Position numbers and translations under genes: made by a program
DNA from: an uncultured Gemmatimonadales bacterium
GTDB lineage: Bacteria > Gemmatimonadota > Gemmatimonadetes > Gemmatimonadales > GWC2-71-9
Reading direction: 5' to 3'
Assembly: GCA_963821525.1 (NCBI GenBank)
Contig: CAWGED010000004.1
Coordinates: 352,001-416,000 of the forward strand
DNA: 64,000 nt
Shown: in pieces, positions 30,965-42,553 of the stretch
Position numbering within the stretch: position 1 is the first letter of the stretch
Layout: the number at the start of each line of letters is the position of its first letter
Notes under the pieces: model-generated
What the model saw: the letters and a program-made list of their open reading frames with translations, nothing else
Database searches by the model: none
What the model was told of the DNA's origin: nothing

Positions 30965-32340
30965 TCAGACGTAGGTCTTGCGCCGGATTCCGTTCCAGAG
31001 GTCCAGGGTGGGGCCACGATCGGCCCGCGCGGTCTTGTCCTCTTCGGTCTTGTAGAAGAAGGCCATCGTCATCTGGGAGGCCGTCGAGAAGCCGTCGCGC
31101 GAGGCGGTACGCTGGATGAGCGGCAGGAGGGTGCCGGTGTTGATGTACATCCGCACCCTTCCATCGAGTGCCGCACCGAAGGCGATGTGGCGGGCCTTGT
31201 GGGTGTGACCGTACAGCACGTACTGGATCGGGCCGGGCGGGTTGGCCGTCCAGAATCTCCAGATTTCCTCCTCCTCTGCGCCCTCCGCGCACTCGTCCTT
31301 GTCCGGTGTGACCTTGTCCACCAGTCCCTGCAGCTTGCTGAGCGAGTTGACTCGCCCGCGAAATTCATCGAAGGAATTGCCCAGCACGTGATTCTTGAGC
31401 AGGGCCAGCCGGTCAGTGAGATCGCCCTGGAGAAGAAGGTCGGTCACCAGACGGTCCCACTTTTTGGCGAGCGAGGACTGCAGCACCCCATCGAGCGATT
31501 GCTTCATCGCCTGGTGCAGTGCCTGCTTGTAGCCGGGGAGCTGATCGCGGGCGAACCACTCGAGCCAGGGGAACACGTCGAGAGTGGGCCGGATGTTGTT
31601 GATGTCCTTGAACGCCTCGATGAACTGGGGGAAATCGGGGACGTTGCCCGGCTGCGCCGCCCGGGCGAAGTGCACCAGGCCCGACATCAGCTCCGCGGTC
31701 ACCACCTCTCCGATCGCCATGATCTGGTAGTCCCGGGCGTCGAAGCGGCCGAGCTGGGGCGTGCTGTCCGGCCGGAGCACCTTGTTGTAGAAGGTGAAAC
31801 CGTGGCAGTTCTCGTCCCACTCGTGGCCGTGCCGGGCGAGTACGCCGTACTCGTCTGCCTTGAACAGGTTGGCGAACTCGATACCCGGCAGAACGGCGCG
31901 CACCTGTTGTTGCAGGGCGGGGAAGTTGTTGAAGACCCGGTCGTGGGTTTCCCGACGACGAGGGTGAGTTTGGCCGGCAGGTTGGTGAGGGCCGAGAGTC
32001 CGTTCAGCATCGCGATCAGCGCCTTCGCCTCGGGAGTGGCGAGCACGCCGGCCAGCACCGTGGCGAATTGGGTCTGAATGAGCGCGGTGTTGCGGTTCAT
32101 GCCGGTCTCGGGATCGAGATCGCCACCCCAGGGACGCTGGTCCGGTGTCGTGGTCCGATGCCAGAAATCGGTGCGAACGAGATCGAAGATGTCTCCCAGC
32201 AGCACCACATGAAGCTCGACCGCGTCCTTGGCCTGCGCCGCCGTCGCGATCTCCCTGCACATCAGGTCGAACGCCGTGGCGTGGACGTTGTGGGCGGTGG
32301 AAAGGTCCGTGAGATGGATATCGCTGATGACGACCAGCAT
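30965..32340 (-). CDS. calcineurin-like metallophosphoesterase; frameshift near 31950
   Basis: SDIH, LGDIFD, G(N)HD across the shift, RHGH, YGHTH, YINTG. Confidence 0.85.
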
Positions 32341-32384
32341 GGGTCGCTTCCTCCGATGGAAAACGCCGCCAACACGGCAGCGGG

Positions 32385-35265
32385 TTATTCGATCCGGGTC
32401 GCCGCGTAGCGGGCGAGAGACATCACCGTCATCTGCGGGTTGACCTGCACGCTGCCGGGGAAGACGCTGGCGTCGCAAACGTACAGGTTGTCGTAGCCGT
32501 GAACCCTGAAGGATTCATCCACGACTCCGTGATGCGGATCGCGATTGATGGCGTTGCCACCCTGGGGATGCGAGCTCGCTAGGGTGATGAACTCCGGGTC
32601 TTTGGTCAGAGTGCGAATGCGCGCGATGTCCGCCGGACTCGTGATGTTTCCGTGGTCCCAGGTGTTGAGCAGGACCCGTCGCGTGCGGCCTCGAACAGAA
32701 CGGTGGCAAGCGCCTCCAGCCCTTGCCCCAGGCGGTCCATGTCCGACGAAGGCGGGGTGAAGCGGAAGGCCGAATCGCCGTTCAGGGGAGACAGGAACGC
32801 TCGTCCCTTGGCACTGGTGCCTACCACGAGGCCATAGGCCACCGAGCAAGCTGGAGCGCTGCATGTTGCGGTAGTGCTCGTCGTAACCAACCCGCCATCG
32901 CCGTCGCGAGGCCCACCGGCGGACTGAACCAGGTCTCGATGATGAAGGCTCGTCGGCGTGCTTGACATAGTGCCCCATCTGGATTCCGGCATAGGAGTTC
33001 TGCGGTGGCTCCGGAAACTCGGCGAAGACCGGGGTGAGCATGTTGAAGGAGAGACCCTTGCCGACCGGGCGGCCGAGTGAGATGCCGCTCCGGAGCAACA
33101 GCGCGCTCGAGGCGATCGTGCCGGCGGAGATGATGAACCGGTCCGCGTGGATCCGGATCTGGCGGCCGTCGGTTCCACGGGCGGGCAATTCCCAGGCGCG
33201 CATCCGCTTCCGGCTCATGCTGCGGATGCGTTCCGCGTCGCATTCGGCGAGGATGGTGACGCGGCCGGGGAAACGCGCCTGCGCCAGCGGGAGCGTGTGG
33301 TCCAGCATGGAAAGCTTCTTGTCCCAGGCGCAACCGATGTTGCATTGCCGCAACCGTAGCAGCCATCGGGTCCGACCCTGATGTTCGCGTCGAATGGCTC
33401 CGGATCGCGAGCCCTACCTGATTCCCGATGCGAGCGAGCGCCGGCTCGATCACCTTCGCGGCCGGATGATGCCCGCCAGGCCGGATGTCGCCCGGCGAGC
33501 GTACCTCCATGAACTGGCGGACCGACTCGGTGGCCTGCTCGAGCTGGGCCTGGTCGAGTCCCGCGCCATCGCGGTTCCAGCGCTCGATCTTGTCGGCGGG
33601 AGGAGCGAAACAGATCGCGTTGTTGATCGTGGTCGACCCGCCGACGCAATTCCCCTGCAGCACGTCGAAGCGGAAATCCTCCGAGATCTGCAGCATTCCG
33701 CGCTGATAGAGCGAGCCGATCTGCCGCAGCTCGTCCTCGACAAAGAGCGAGGGGTGCACGTGCTCGCCCCGCTCGACCAGCAGCACCTCGTAGCCCCGCT
33801 CCGCCATGGTGTAGGCCGCGATGGCTCCGCCGGCCCCCGAGCCGATGACGCAGACCTCCGTTTCGCGGATCTCCTCCTTACGGTCCCAGGGTCGTTCCAC
33901 CGCAAGCGGGCGGTGCTGGGGAGGCGGCAAGGAAAGTCCGGACTCCCGCGCCCGCACCGTGAACGGTTTGAAGTGAATCGCCGAGTGGACCTTCGGGTCG
34001 TTGTAGAAGCCGAGCACCCAGAGCTGGTGCCCGACCCGGAAGAGGATCCTGGACCATGGTTCGGATCAGGCGCCATTTCTGGCGCCGCCCGGCATCCCGG
34101 GTGAAGCGCTCGCGGATGAAACGGGATCGGAGCGCGGGCCGCAGCTCCGGCAAGGGCGGGTGGAGCGAGAACAGGGGCCAGAGGTGAATTACCGCCAGCG
34201 CGATGCGGAAGCTGCCCTTTCGTTCGGCGCGAACCCGGGCCAGCGCCTGGTCCCCATTGCGGGCGGCCGCTTCGGGCGGGATTGCCTCGTTGTGCCCGGC
34301 GATCATCACCTCGGTGAGCGCCGTGAGCGTGCGGAATTCGAGCGGGCGGAAGAATTCCAACTGGAGCGGCGATGTCCAGGCGGCGTAGTAGAGAGCGAAG
34401 AGCAGAACCCCGATGACGCCGTCGAGGACCATGGCCCCGATCAGGATCTGCCGCATCGGCATTGCGTTGCCGGCGACGGCGAAAACCTCATTAAGCTGCG
34501 CGGCCGGCACCAGCAGCAGGTAGATCGCCTGCGCCACGACGGAGACGAAGTGCACCGCGATGATCGGCCCCACCAGCGCCATGCGCGGCCTCAGGGCCTG
34601 CGCCACGTAACCGCAGAGCATCGCCAGCGTCGAGACTTTCACGACCGAGTTGGTGACGAACGGCAGCTCGCGAACCAGGTCGGGCGCGAATCCGAGGAGG
34701 GGTGCCACTTCGTAGCCGATCGCCCGACGATGAAGACCACCGTGAGGAGAACGAGGAGGCGGCGCAGCCACTGCTCGGCCGGAGTGAGCCAGCTGGAAGG
34801 CTCGGTCCGCCAGGCTACGCTCGACAAGGCGCGATTGGCGGGCAGGTAAAGCAGCAGCAGGAAGATCATGATCACGCCATCGAGTGCGATGGCGCCCCAC
34901 AGTACCCGGCTCACCGGCTGCGGCCCGCCCATTCCCGGGTCCACGATCCGGCCGGTGTCTCCCACGAACAGAATGATCAGCATCGCCACGAGGGAGACGG
35001 CGTGCGCGATGATCAGAATCAGCACCAGCCCCTTCCGCCGGATGAGATCGCCGGCCGCGTAGAGGCATACGCCCAGCAGCAGGCTCACCTTCACTATTGA
35101 ATTGGAAACGAAGGGAAGGGTCTGGAAGAACCCGGACGTGCGAGACCAGAGGGCCCGACCTGGTACAGCAACGCGACCAAAACGAAGACCCCGGCCAGTA
35201 TCCGGATACCGTTCGAGGCGGGTCACGGATCGGGAAGCGGGACTGAGTGTCATGATATGCCCCAT
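32385..35265 (-). CDS. GMC-family FAD oxidoreductase with N-terminal duplicated membrane domain; multiple frameshifts
   Basis: VIGSGAGG, VERG, GNCVGGSTTIN, SHPQGG, GVVDESFRVHGYDNLYVCDASVFP...NPQMT. Confidence 0.85.
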
Positions 35266-35333
35266 GATGCAACTGGCGGGACCGGGGACGGATTCGCACG
35301 ATGAGGTGCGCCATCCTGTGCCAGGAGGTCCCC

Positions 35334-37392
35334 ATGGCGATGCTTCCCATCGAACGCCGTTTCCTCACCGCATTCGCCGAAGCGTGCTCGGCCTCGAGCA
35401 TCACGAGCTGGGTCAGGCGGCCAAGGCCGTCGATCGGCTCGACAAATTCCTCGATCACTCCTCGTTCGGCCTGCGATTCACTTTCCACCTGGCGCTGCTG
35501 GTAATGCCGGGCGGACTGCTGACCAAACTGAGATTCGCGGGACGGCCGCTCGCCCGGCGGCGCACCTACTCCACGGGCTCTTTCTGGAAAACATCGGCAG
35601 GGCACCGGGCTGGATCGTGGATGCGCAGGGAGTCCTGGCCACGGTCAAATCGATGGTGAGCGGCAGCTTCTGCGAGCGGCCGGAGTCCGGGAGCGCATCG
35701 GTTATCGTGCGCGCCGGGCGCCTTTCCGGTTTTCGACGGCGCAACGCGGTGCCCCCGTCCGGCCCGGAGGTCGAACCGACTGAACCCACCGCGCCGGGGA
35801 AGCTGGTGAAGCAGCGTGCCGGGTCCCTCGCCAGCCTGCCGGAGCGGTTCCCCGGCGAGGAGACCATTCTCATCATCGGGGCGGGCGGCGCCGGTCTCGC
35901 GGCGGCCCACGCACTCGTGGCGCGACCGGAAGGTCGAGCGGCGCGAATCATCCTGCTGGAGTCCGAGCGCTCCACACCAATGAGGCATTCCCTCGTACCA
36001 CGCTCGATGGGTTCAGCCAGCTCTATGTCAATTCGGGGGTGACGCCGGGGAAGTCGCAGCGCATCGGCTTCATTCAGGGCCACTGCGTGGGCGGCGGCAC
36101 TACGGTAAACAACGCGGGCAGCCCGCAGCCCAAGGGACCCTGGGCCGACATCATGCACTGGCGCTGGGGCTCGGAAGGCGCCGACCTCGATTGGAGCGGG
36201 CTGGATAGCGCCTTCGATGACCTCGAGATTCGCTGCACATCCGTGTCGTTGATCAGCGGATTCTGACCACCGGGACGAAGCGAGCGTTCAGTGGATTCGG
36301 TGAAGTGCCCGGCAGCATGTACGCGGGACTGCTGCAGGCCAACCTGAAGACCGCGTCTCCTGCGGGCAGTGCAATCAGGATGTCCTTACGATGCGCATCG
36401 CGCGCCGTTCATCACGCTGCTCCCGGAGACGCTTCGGCAGAGCGATCGGGTGATGCTGATTCCCAACGCCACCGCAACCCGGTTGCTCTGGGAGGGACAA
36501 GGCGGCGGGCGCCGGGTCGCCGGAGTCGAGGTGGAGGGAAGCGACGACAAGCGCATTCTGCGCCCCGACAAGGTCCTGCTCACCGCCGGCGCTTTCGCTT
36601 CCAGCGCGCTCCTCCTCAAGAGCGGCTTCACCTCGGCCGATGGCCGCCGACGCCCGGTAGGCCAGCGCTTCAGCTGCAACTACGCGAGCCCGGTCATCGG
36701 GCGCTTCACCGAGCCGATGAACGCGGGACGTGGAATCCAGATCGGTTACATCATCGAGATCCCGCCCCAGCGAATGATCATCGAGACCGCGTTCGCCCCG
36801 CCTACGGTGCTGGGCATGATGTTGCCGCAGTGGGGCAGCGGGTTCCGGGAAAAGGCGCTCCAGTACAACTACTACGGCGTGTCGTTCCCCACCCTCTCGA
36901 GCGATGGGTACGGATCGATCGACTACGCGCCCCTCACTCCCTGGAGCAGTCCCCAGATCCGCTTCGATCTGGGCCCCTCGGACATGGCACGGCTCGAATG
37001 GGGGCTGGTGCAATGTGCCGAGGCGATGCGGCAGGCCGGAGCGGTTGAGTTGTTCGACAGCCGGTACGACGGCCACTCGGTCGCCTTGAGCGGCGATGTC
37101 CGGAAGACCGGGAACGAATCACGGCCTACTATCGGGGATTCAGTCCGGCCACCTACGTCAAGGTGCAAAGCGCCCACCTGCAGGGCGGCAACGTGATCCA
37201 CCGGGACCCGACCCGCGGGGTGGTGGACAGCAACCTCAAGGTCCATGGCGTCGACAACCTCTGGATTCTGGATCCAGCGTCTTTCCGGCAGCCATCACGC
37301 TGAACATCCAGTACACCACGATGGCGCTGGCTCGTTACGCGGCGCTACGTCTTCCACTCGGCGAGCGGGTCATGACATCCCACGCCGCTTGA
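35334..37392 (+). CDS. second GMC-family oxidoreductase; multiple frameshifts
   Basis: AGGAGG RBS; IIGAGGAG, GHCVGGGTTVN, AHLQG..GVVDSNLKVHGVDNL, VFPAAITLNIQYT. Confidence 0.8.
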
Positions 37393-38224
37393 GATAGCGG
37401 TGCAGGCTGCCTTCGACATTGCTCGCGGTAGCCTGCTGCTGGATGTTCTGTTTGAGCTGTTCAGTTCCCAGGTGCTCGATCGCTGTCGTCATCACGGCGA
37501 GCATCTTCTGCCGCTTGGCGAACCGCCACCACAGGACGCCGCCTCCCAGCGCGAGCAGGACGATGGCGCCCAGCAGCACTTTCCCTCCGACCGTCTTCAA
37601 CAGATCCTTCAGCCGGTCGGTAAAGGTCTTGGTGACCGTGCCCGTGGTCTTCCCCACCGTGTCGCTGGCTTCCTGAATCAGCGCGAGCAGGCTATCCTCA
37701 GCGGTCCTCGCAACGCGATGGACAGCGAAATCGCGCCGTGACTCACCGCCGAATCGGCGATCGCTCCGACCGCGGCACTCCCCTCATTCCTCGCGCGGGT
37801 CAGCAATTCGTCGAGCCAGACCCGCAACGAACTCCGCACCGCGTCACGAAGCTCGGAGTCGGTGCTGGTCACCAGGAGCGACAGCGAATCTCTCGCGCCT
37901 CCGCGACCGCCGCCTGGAGCCGGTCCCCGATCACCTTGCCGATCGAGTCGGCCTTGAGCTTCCCCGTGTCGCCGGCCGCGGCAAGCAGAGAGAGCAGCTC
38001 CGGCCGCAGTGAGTCCCGAATGTCCCGGGTCAGCCGGAAGGTGAACGAGTCAACGGCGGGCTGGGTCGCCACCGCGAGCGTATCACGGTCGGACTTCACT
38101 CCCTTCACCAGGCCGGTACCCAGGGAGTGGCCGGCGCCGCTGAGCGAACACGCCGCAAGCGCGACCGGCAGCAGACCGAGAGGGTCCACCATTTCCCGCT
38201 TCGCCCAGCGCCGGTCCACCCCAT
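37370..38224 (-). CDS. hypothetical lipoprotein with C-terminal TM; frameshifted
   Basis: Lipobox LAAC; helical pieces; C-terminal VLLGAIVLLALGGGVLWW. Confidence 0.55.
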
Positions 38225-40225
38225 CAGGCCTGGGGCATGACACGGAGGGTCGGCTTGGGCTCCGGAGCGGCCTGGTCGAAGACCGCGCCGCCCTCCTGCC
38301 ATTCGTCCAGCAGCTTGATCAAGTGTTCCAGCCGGGCCAGCGCCTTGGTGGGCCACGGATCATTGAGCGAGAACGGGAATTTCTGGATCCCGTCTCCTCC
38401 GAGTTGTTGCTTGAGCAAACCTGCGGCATCGAACGCGGGGTCCTTGAATACCTCGCGCATGAGGCCGAGACGCTCCTCCAGCCGGCTCATCAGCACCCGG
38501 AACCGGACCCACTGGTGGATCCGAAAATCGAAACTGTCGCACAACACCTCTCCGGCCCGATCTCCCTTGTCCACGATCTTGGCGATGGTCTTCGAATCCA
38601 TGGCGAGATTGAGCCCGCCTTCGCCATCCTCGAGGCGGACCTGGACCACGCGTTCGCGGTAACTGGGCAGGAGTGACTGGCTGTTGTCCCGGTAGTTTTG
38701 CGCGGTAGCAAAAATCGCGGTGAGAAATTTCAGGAGGTTGTTGCGCGACGCGGGGTCGGTGGGCACCGAGGTGAAGGGAATCCACTCGGGGGACTGCTGG
38801 TCCTCCGGTCGCGGCATGTAAACGCTGCGGTCGATGTTGATCTCGTTGCTGCTCGGCCGATTCCCCGGGCCGCGCCACTGGTTGGCGGCGTAGCTCATGT
38901 ACTGCTGGCTGACTCGACCTTGCCTGATGCTGTCCTTGGGAAGGTCGGTCAGACTGATGCCGAAGGTGGGGCGGCGCGGCAGCCAGCCATCGAAGAAGTG
39001 GATGGGAAAGTTGCTGCAGATCCCGCCGTCGCTGAACCAGAGCCGCTGCAGATCGGTCTGGGCATTGAGCGTGACGGTTTCACCGCTGGTGCGGGCCTGG
39101 ACTCCGCGGTCATGCCGAATGGCGTAGAGCGGCACGCCGCTGAAAAGCAGCGGGAAACTCAGGCTCATCCGCGCCGCAAGGATCACGGGCAGCTGCCGGG
39201 CTTCAGGCAGGAAGTGATATCCCTCCGGCAGCCGGCAGTAGGCTCGGATCTCATCTTCGGGCTGGATCAAGTGCTTCATCACCGCCTCGGGCAGCAGCAA
39301 GGCAAGCTCGTCCGCCTTGAAGGCGAAGAGCTCCCCCTCGAAGGGAAGGGTGTAGGGCTGGCCGTGACTGAGGCAGGAGGTCACTACCTGGAGGTTGACG
39401 GTCCGATCCCGCGGCGATTCGGCAGGTTTGTCGCGGCCGGCGTCCCACAGCATACCGAAGGTGAGGGGCGTGTCGTTCGGGAGGCCAGCGAGCATCTGGA
39501 TCCGCTCGTGCAGCCATTCCGTCACCGCTGGCTGACCGGTTGGACTGTTGCGGAGCCCGGTGCAGAGTCCGAAGAGGTTGGCCGGCACCCGGTCAACCAG
39601 TGTGCGCCCCAGATGCCAGAACGGAATCAGAGGCCCGAGGAGTGCTGCGGCGAAGAACAGGATGGTCAGCGCGATCAGCCAGGAGATCCAATCCCAGTGA
39701 CTGGGCGGGACCATCGCGTGCTGAACGCTGAAGATCCGGCCGGCGATCACGGTGACCACCGAGACTGCGGCCATACTCGAGATCAGCCCGACGGCGTAGA
39801 CCAGGGCTCCGCATTTCCAGAGCGCTCGGTGCAGCGGGTACAACCAGCCCAGTGGTATCGAGCGGGGTGGAACCGGTCCCGTCTTCAGGTAGAGGAGGAA
39901 GCGGAAAGCTGCGGGTGGGGCGCGCCGGTTGAAACAGGCCGAGCAGCAGACCCGGCTGGCACAACTCGTCCCGGGTCTTCTTGAGCCCGGCGAATCCCTG
40001 GTTTTCGTTTCCGCCTTCCAGCCAGGGGCCGTCTTGTTTGCGAGATTGGCGCCCGTATTCCGCCGCGGCGGTCAAGGCCGCGGCCATGGCGCCGGCCGAA
40101 GTCCCGCCGATGTTGCGGAAACGATACTTATCCTTGAGGCGGAGGATCGCGGCAGGGTAAACGATCCCGCTCGTGATCCCGCCCTTCATGACCAGATCAC
40201 ACTCTAACAACCCGGATTGACCCAC
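38224..40225 (-). CDS. patatin-like phospholipase with internal TM insertion; frameshift near 39900
   Basis: DLVMKGGITSG, GGTSAG, ARMSLSFPLLF, SDGGICSNFP. Confidence 0.9.
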
Positions 40226-40453
40226 GAGCCCCCTGACCCGGAGCCGTCGAAAGTCAGTGGCTCCTCATGTCAGGCCAATATTTGACCGGGCAGATGACAC
40301 GCAAGTGCTGATTTGTCAGCAAAATGAACTAGACCGAAGATCTAGATCCGAAGGGCAATAGTGCATTCTTCGACGTCAACTCTTGACACCCTTCAACACA
40401 GGCCGTGTATTAGCAGAGTACTCCTGTCCCATTTCCGCTTTCCAGATCCTGGC

Positions 40454-41161
40454 ATGGTCACGACGCGCCTACTCATCGGCTCCGACGTCAGGCTGTATAG
40501 CGAGGGCCTGCGCCAGTTCCTCGGAACCCAGGGGGGCTTCGAGGTGGTCGGAACTGCCGTCCATGCGGCTGCCGTCCTGGCCGAGGTGAGGCGTTGGGAA
40601 CCCGACGTAGTCCTTCTGGATCAGGCACTCCCCGGGAGCCTCGAGACTCTGCGGGGCATCCGGCGCATCTCTCCTCCCTGCCGGGTGGTTGTGCTCGGAG
40701 TCCCCGACCAGGAGGAGGCCATGCTGCACTGGGCCGAAGTCGGAGCGGTGGGATTCGTTCCGCGGGATGCCTCGCTCGAGGATCTGGTCGAGACGATCGA
40801 AAGTGCGGTGCGGGGAGAGCTGCGCTGCACCGCGACACTGGCCGCGAAACTGGTGCAGGCGCTGTCCTCGCGGGAGCGTCCCGCCGCGGGACACGCGCCG
40901 CGCAGCCCGCTCACGGCCCGGGAATCCGAAATCGTACAACTGATCGACGAAGGACTGTCGAATAAGGAGATCGCGGTGCGCCTCGGCATCGAGGTCGCGA
41001 CTGTCAAGAATCACGTGCACAATCTGCTGGAAAAACTCCGGGTGCATCGGCGCTTCGAGGCCGCCGCCCGGCTGCGAGGCAAAGATCCTCGCCGGCCTAC
41101 CCCGCAGGAGTTGTTCTCCTCGACCGATTATGATGGATCGTTACAGGACCAACGGATCTAG
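40454..41161 (+). CDS. NarL/LuxR-family response regulator
   Basis: PDVVLLD; LTARESEIVQLIDEGLSNKEIA...TVKNHVHNLLEKL. Confidence 0.92.
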   Translation: MVTTRLLIGSDVRLYSEGLRQFLGTQGGFEVVGTAVHAAAVLAEVRRWEPDVVLLDQALPGSLETLRGIRRISPPCRVVVLGVPDQEEAMLHWAEVGAVGFVPRDASLEDLVETIESAVRGELRCTATLAAKLVQALSSRERPAAGHAPRSPLTARESEIVQLIDEGLSNKEIAVRLGIEVATVKNHVHNLLEKLRVHRRFEAAARLRGKDPRRPTPQELFSSTDYDGSLQDQRI

Positions 41162-41256
41162 GTCCACTCTCCTGAATCTCTTCTGAACCAAATCGTCCAT
41201 TCTCGCCGGGGTTCCTCCTCGGCAGATTAGGCGTTCCCGCTTCCGGGCGCACGGCT

Positions 41257-41629
41257 ATGGTGGCCAGGTTTACAATCTTATTGGGCAGGACGCCCCGGAT
41301 GCTGCGCGAGATACTGCTGTATCTGATGCGGCAGCGCGCCGACGTCGAGATCGTTGAGGCAGGAAGCAGCGCGAACCTCGCGGCGACCGCCCAACGCACT
41401 GCACCCGATGTGGTCGCGGTCGGCCGACCCGATTCCGATGCCATCAGCGCCTGGACCGTTCTTGCCGTGGCACCCTCGGCCCGATTCGTGGAGCTGTCGG
41501 CCGACGGACGCAGCGCGGTGCTGTACAGTGCAGATGCGGCGCCGCGAACCTTCGAAGGACTCGCGCCAGATCACTGCTGGACCTCATTCTCTCCGACACA
41601 CCCTCCGAACCCGCTGCGCCCTTCGCTAG
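41257..41629 (+). CDS. small degenerate receiver-like protein
   Basis: MLREIL..DVEIVE..PDVVAV; runs into the HAD frame through a probable indel. Confidence 0.5.
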
Positions 41630-41655
41630 TCTTTCCGTGTACCTTCCTCACATCG

Positions 41656-42456
41656 ATGCGCGGCTTTTTGTTGGACCTCGACGGCACGATGTATACCGAT
41701 GCCGGAGCGGTACCCGGTGCACTCGAGACGATCGGCGCTCTGCGGTCGCGCAGAATCCCATTCCGCTTCGTCACCAACACCACCGGGCGACCGCGGAGCA
41801 AGCTGGTCGAGAGGCTGAGAGGGTACGGCCTCGAGCTGACCGCCGACGAGATCCTCACTCCGGTGGGGGCGGCGGTCGTGCTGTGCCAGGAGCAGGGCTA
41901 CAACCCCGCCGCGCCGTATGTGCCGGAGGCGACACTGGAGGATCTTCAGGGACTCGATCGGGTGGCCGGCACGACCGAACGAGCGAGGGAAGGGGCTCGG
42001 CCCGGCGCCGTCATCATCGGCGATCTCGGCGACCGGTGGACCTACGAGTTGTTGCAGGAAGCGTTTGGTTTTCTGCTCGACGGGGCGGAGCTGGTCGCCT
42101 TGTCCCGCGACCGCTACTGGCTCAAGGGCAACCGGCTGGTCCTCGATGCGGGTCCCTTCGTCACGGCACTGGAGTACGCCTCGAGTCGCACCGCAAGAGT
42201 CACTGGAAAACCCACCAGGCAATTCTATGATGCGGCGGCGAAGAGCCTGGGTCTACCGCCGGATACATCGCCTGGCGATATCGCGATGATCGGAGACTAC
42301 GTGTGGTCCGACGTGCGCGGAGCCCAGGAGGCAGGATGCCAAGGCTGGCTGGTGCGCACCGGCAAATTCCGGGACGAGCAGTTGAGCGAGAGCGGGGTGG
42401 TGCCGGATCGGGTGCTGGCGAGCGTCGCCGACTTGGCGGGGGATTTGAAAAAATGA
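41656..42456 (+). CDS. HAD-superfamily class IIA hydrolase (LHPP/NagD-like)
   Basis: LDLDGT, VTNTT, GKP, MIGD, VRTGKF. Confidence 0.9.
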   Translation: MRGFLLDLDGTMYTDAGAVPGALETIGALRSRRIPFRFVTNTTGRPRSKLVERLRGYGLELTADEILTPVGAAVVLCQEQGYNPAAPYVPEATLEDLQGLDRVAGTTERAREGARPGAVIIGDLGDRWTYELLQEAFGFLLDGAELVALSRDRYWLKGNRLVLDAGPFVTALEYASSRTARVTGKPTRQFYDAAAKSLGLPPDTSPGDIAMIGDYVWSDVRGAQEAGCQGWLVRTGKFRDEQLSESGVVPDRVLASVADLAGDLKK

Positions 42457-42553
42457 GAGGTGAGATGTAAGAAGTGAGAGGGGGAGGCGCCCTCTCACTT
42501 CTCACCTCTCACTTTTTGTTGGTCCCGTCTCCCGTCTCCCGTCTCTCGTTTCC
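42454..42553. repeat. inverted tandem 7-mer array (GTGAGAG ... CTCTCAC) followed by CCCGTCT repeats
   Basis: Read directly; lies between convergent genes. Confidence 0.8.

Noticed and set aside
15089..32077. Long antisense ORFs (e.g. 15089-16747 minus, 24994-26106 plus, 30560-32077 plus, 16396-17988 plus)
   Set aside because: Shadow frames of real high-GC genes with no recognisable motifs
38224..40225. CBASS system based on the patatin
   Set aside because: No CD-NTase or Cap accessory genes were recognised in the window
41257..42456. Apparent receiver-HAD fusion (399 aa)
   Set aside because: The linker is non-protein-like and the HAD domain has its own ATG at 41656; probably an indel joining two genes
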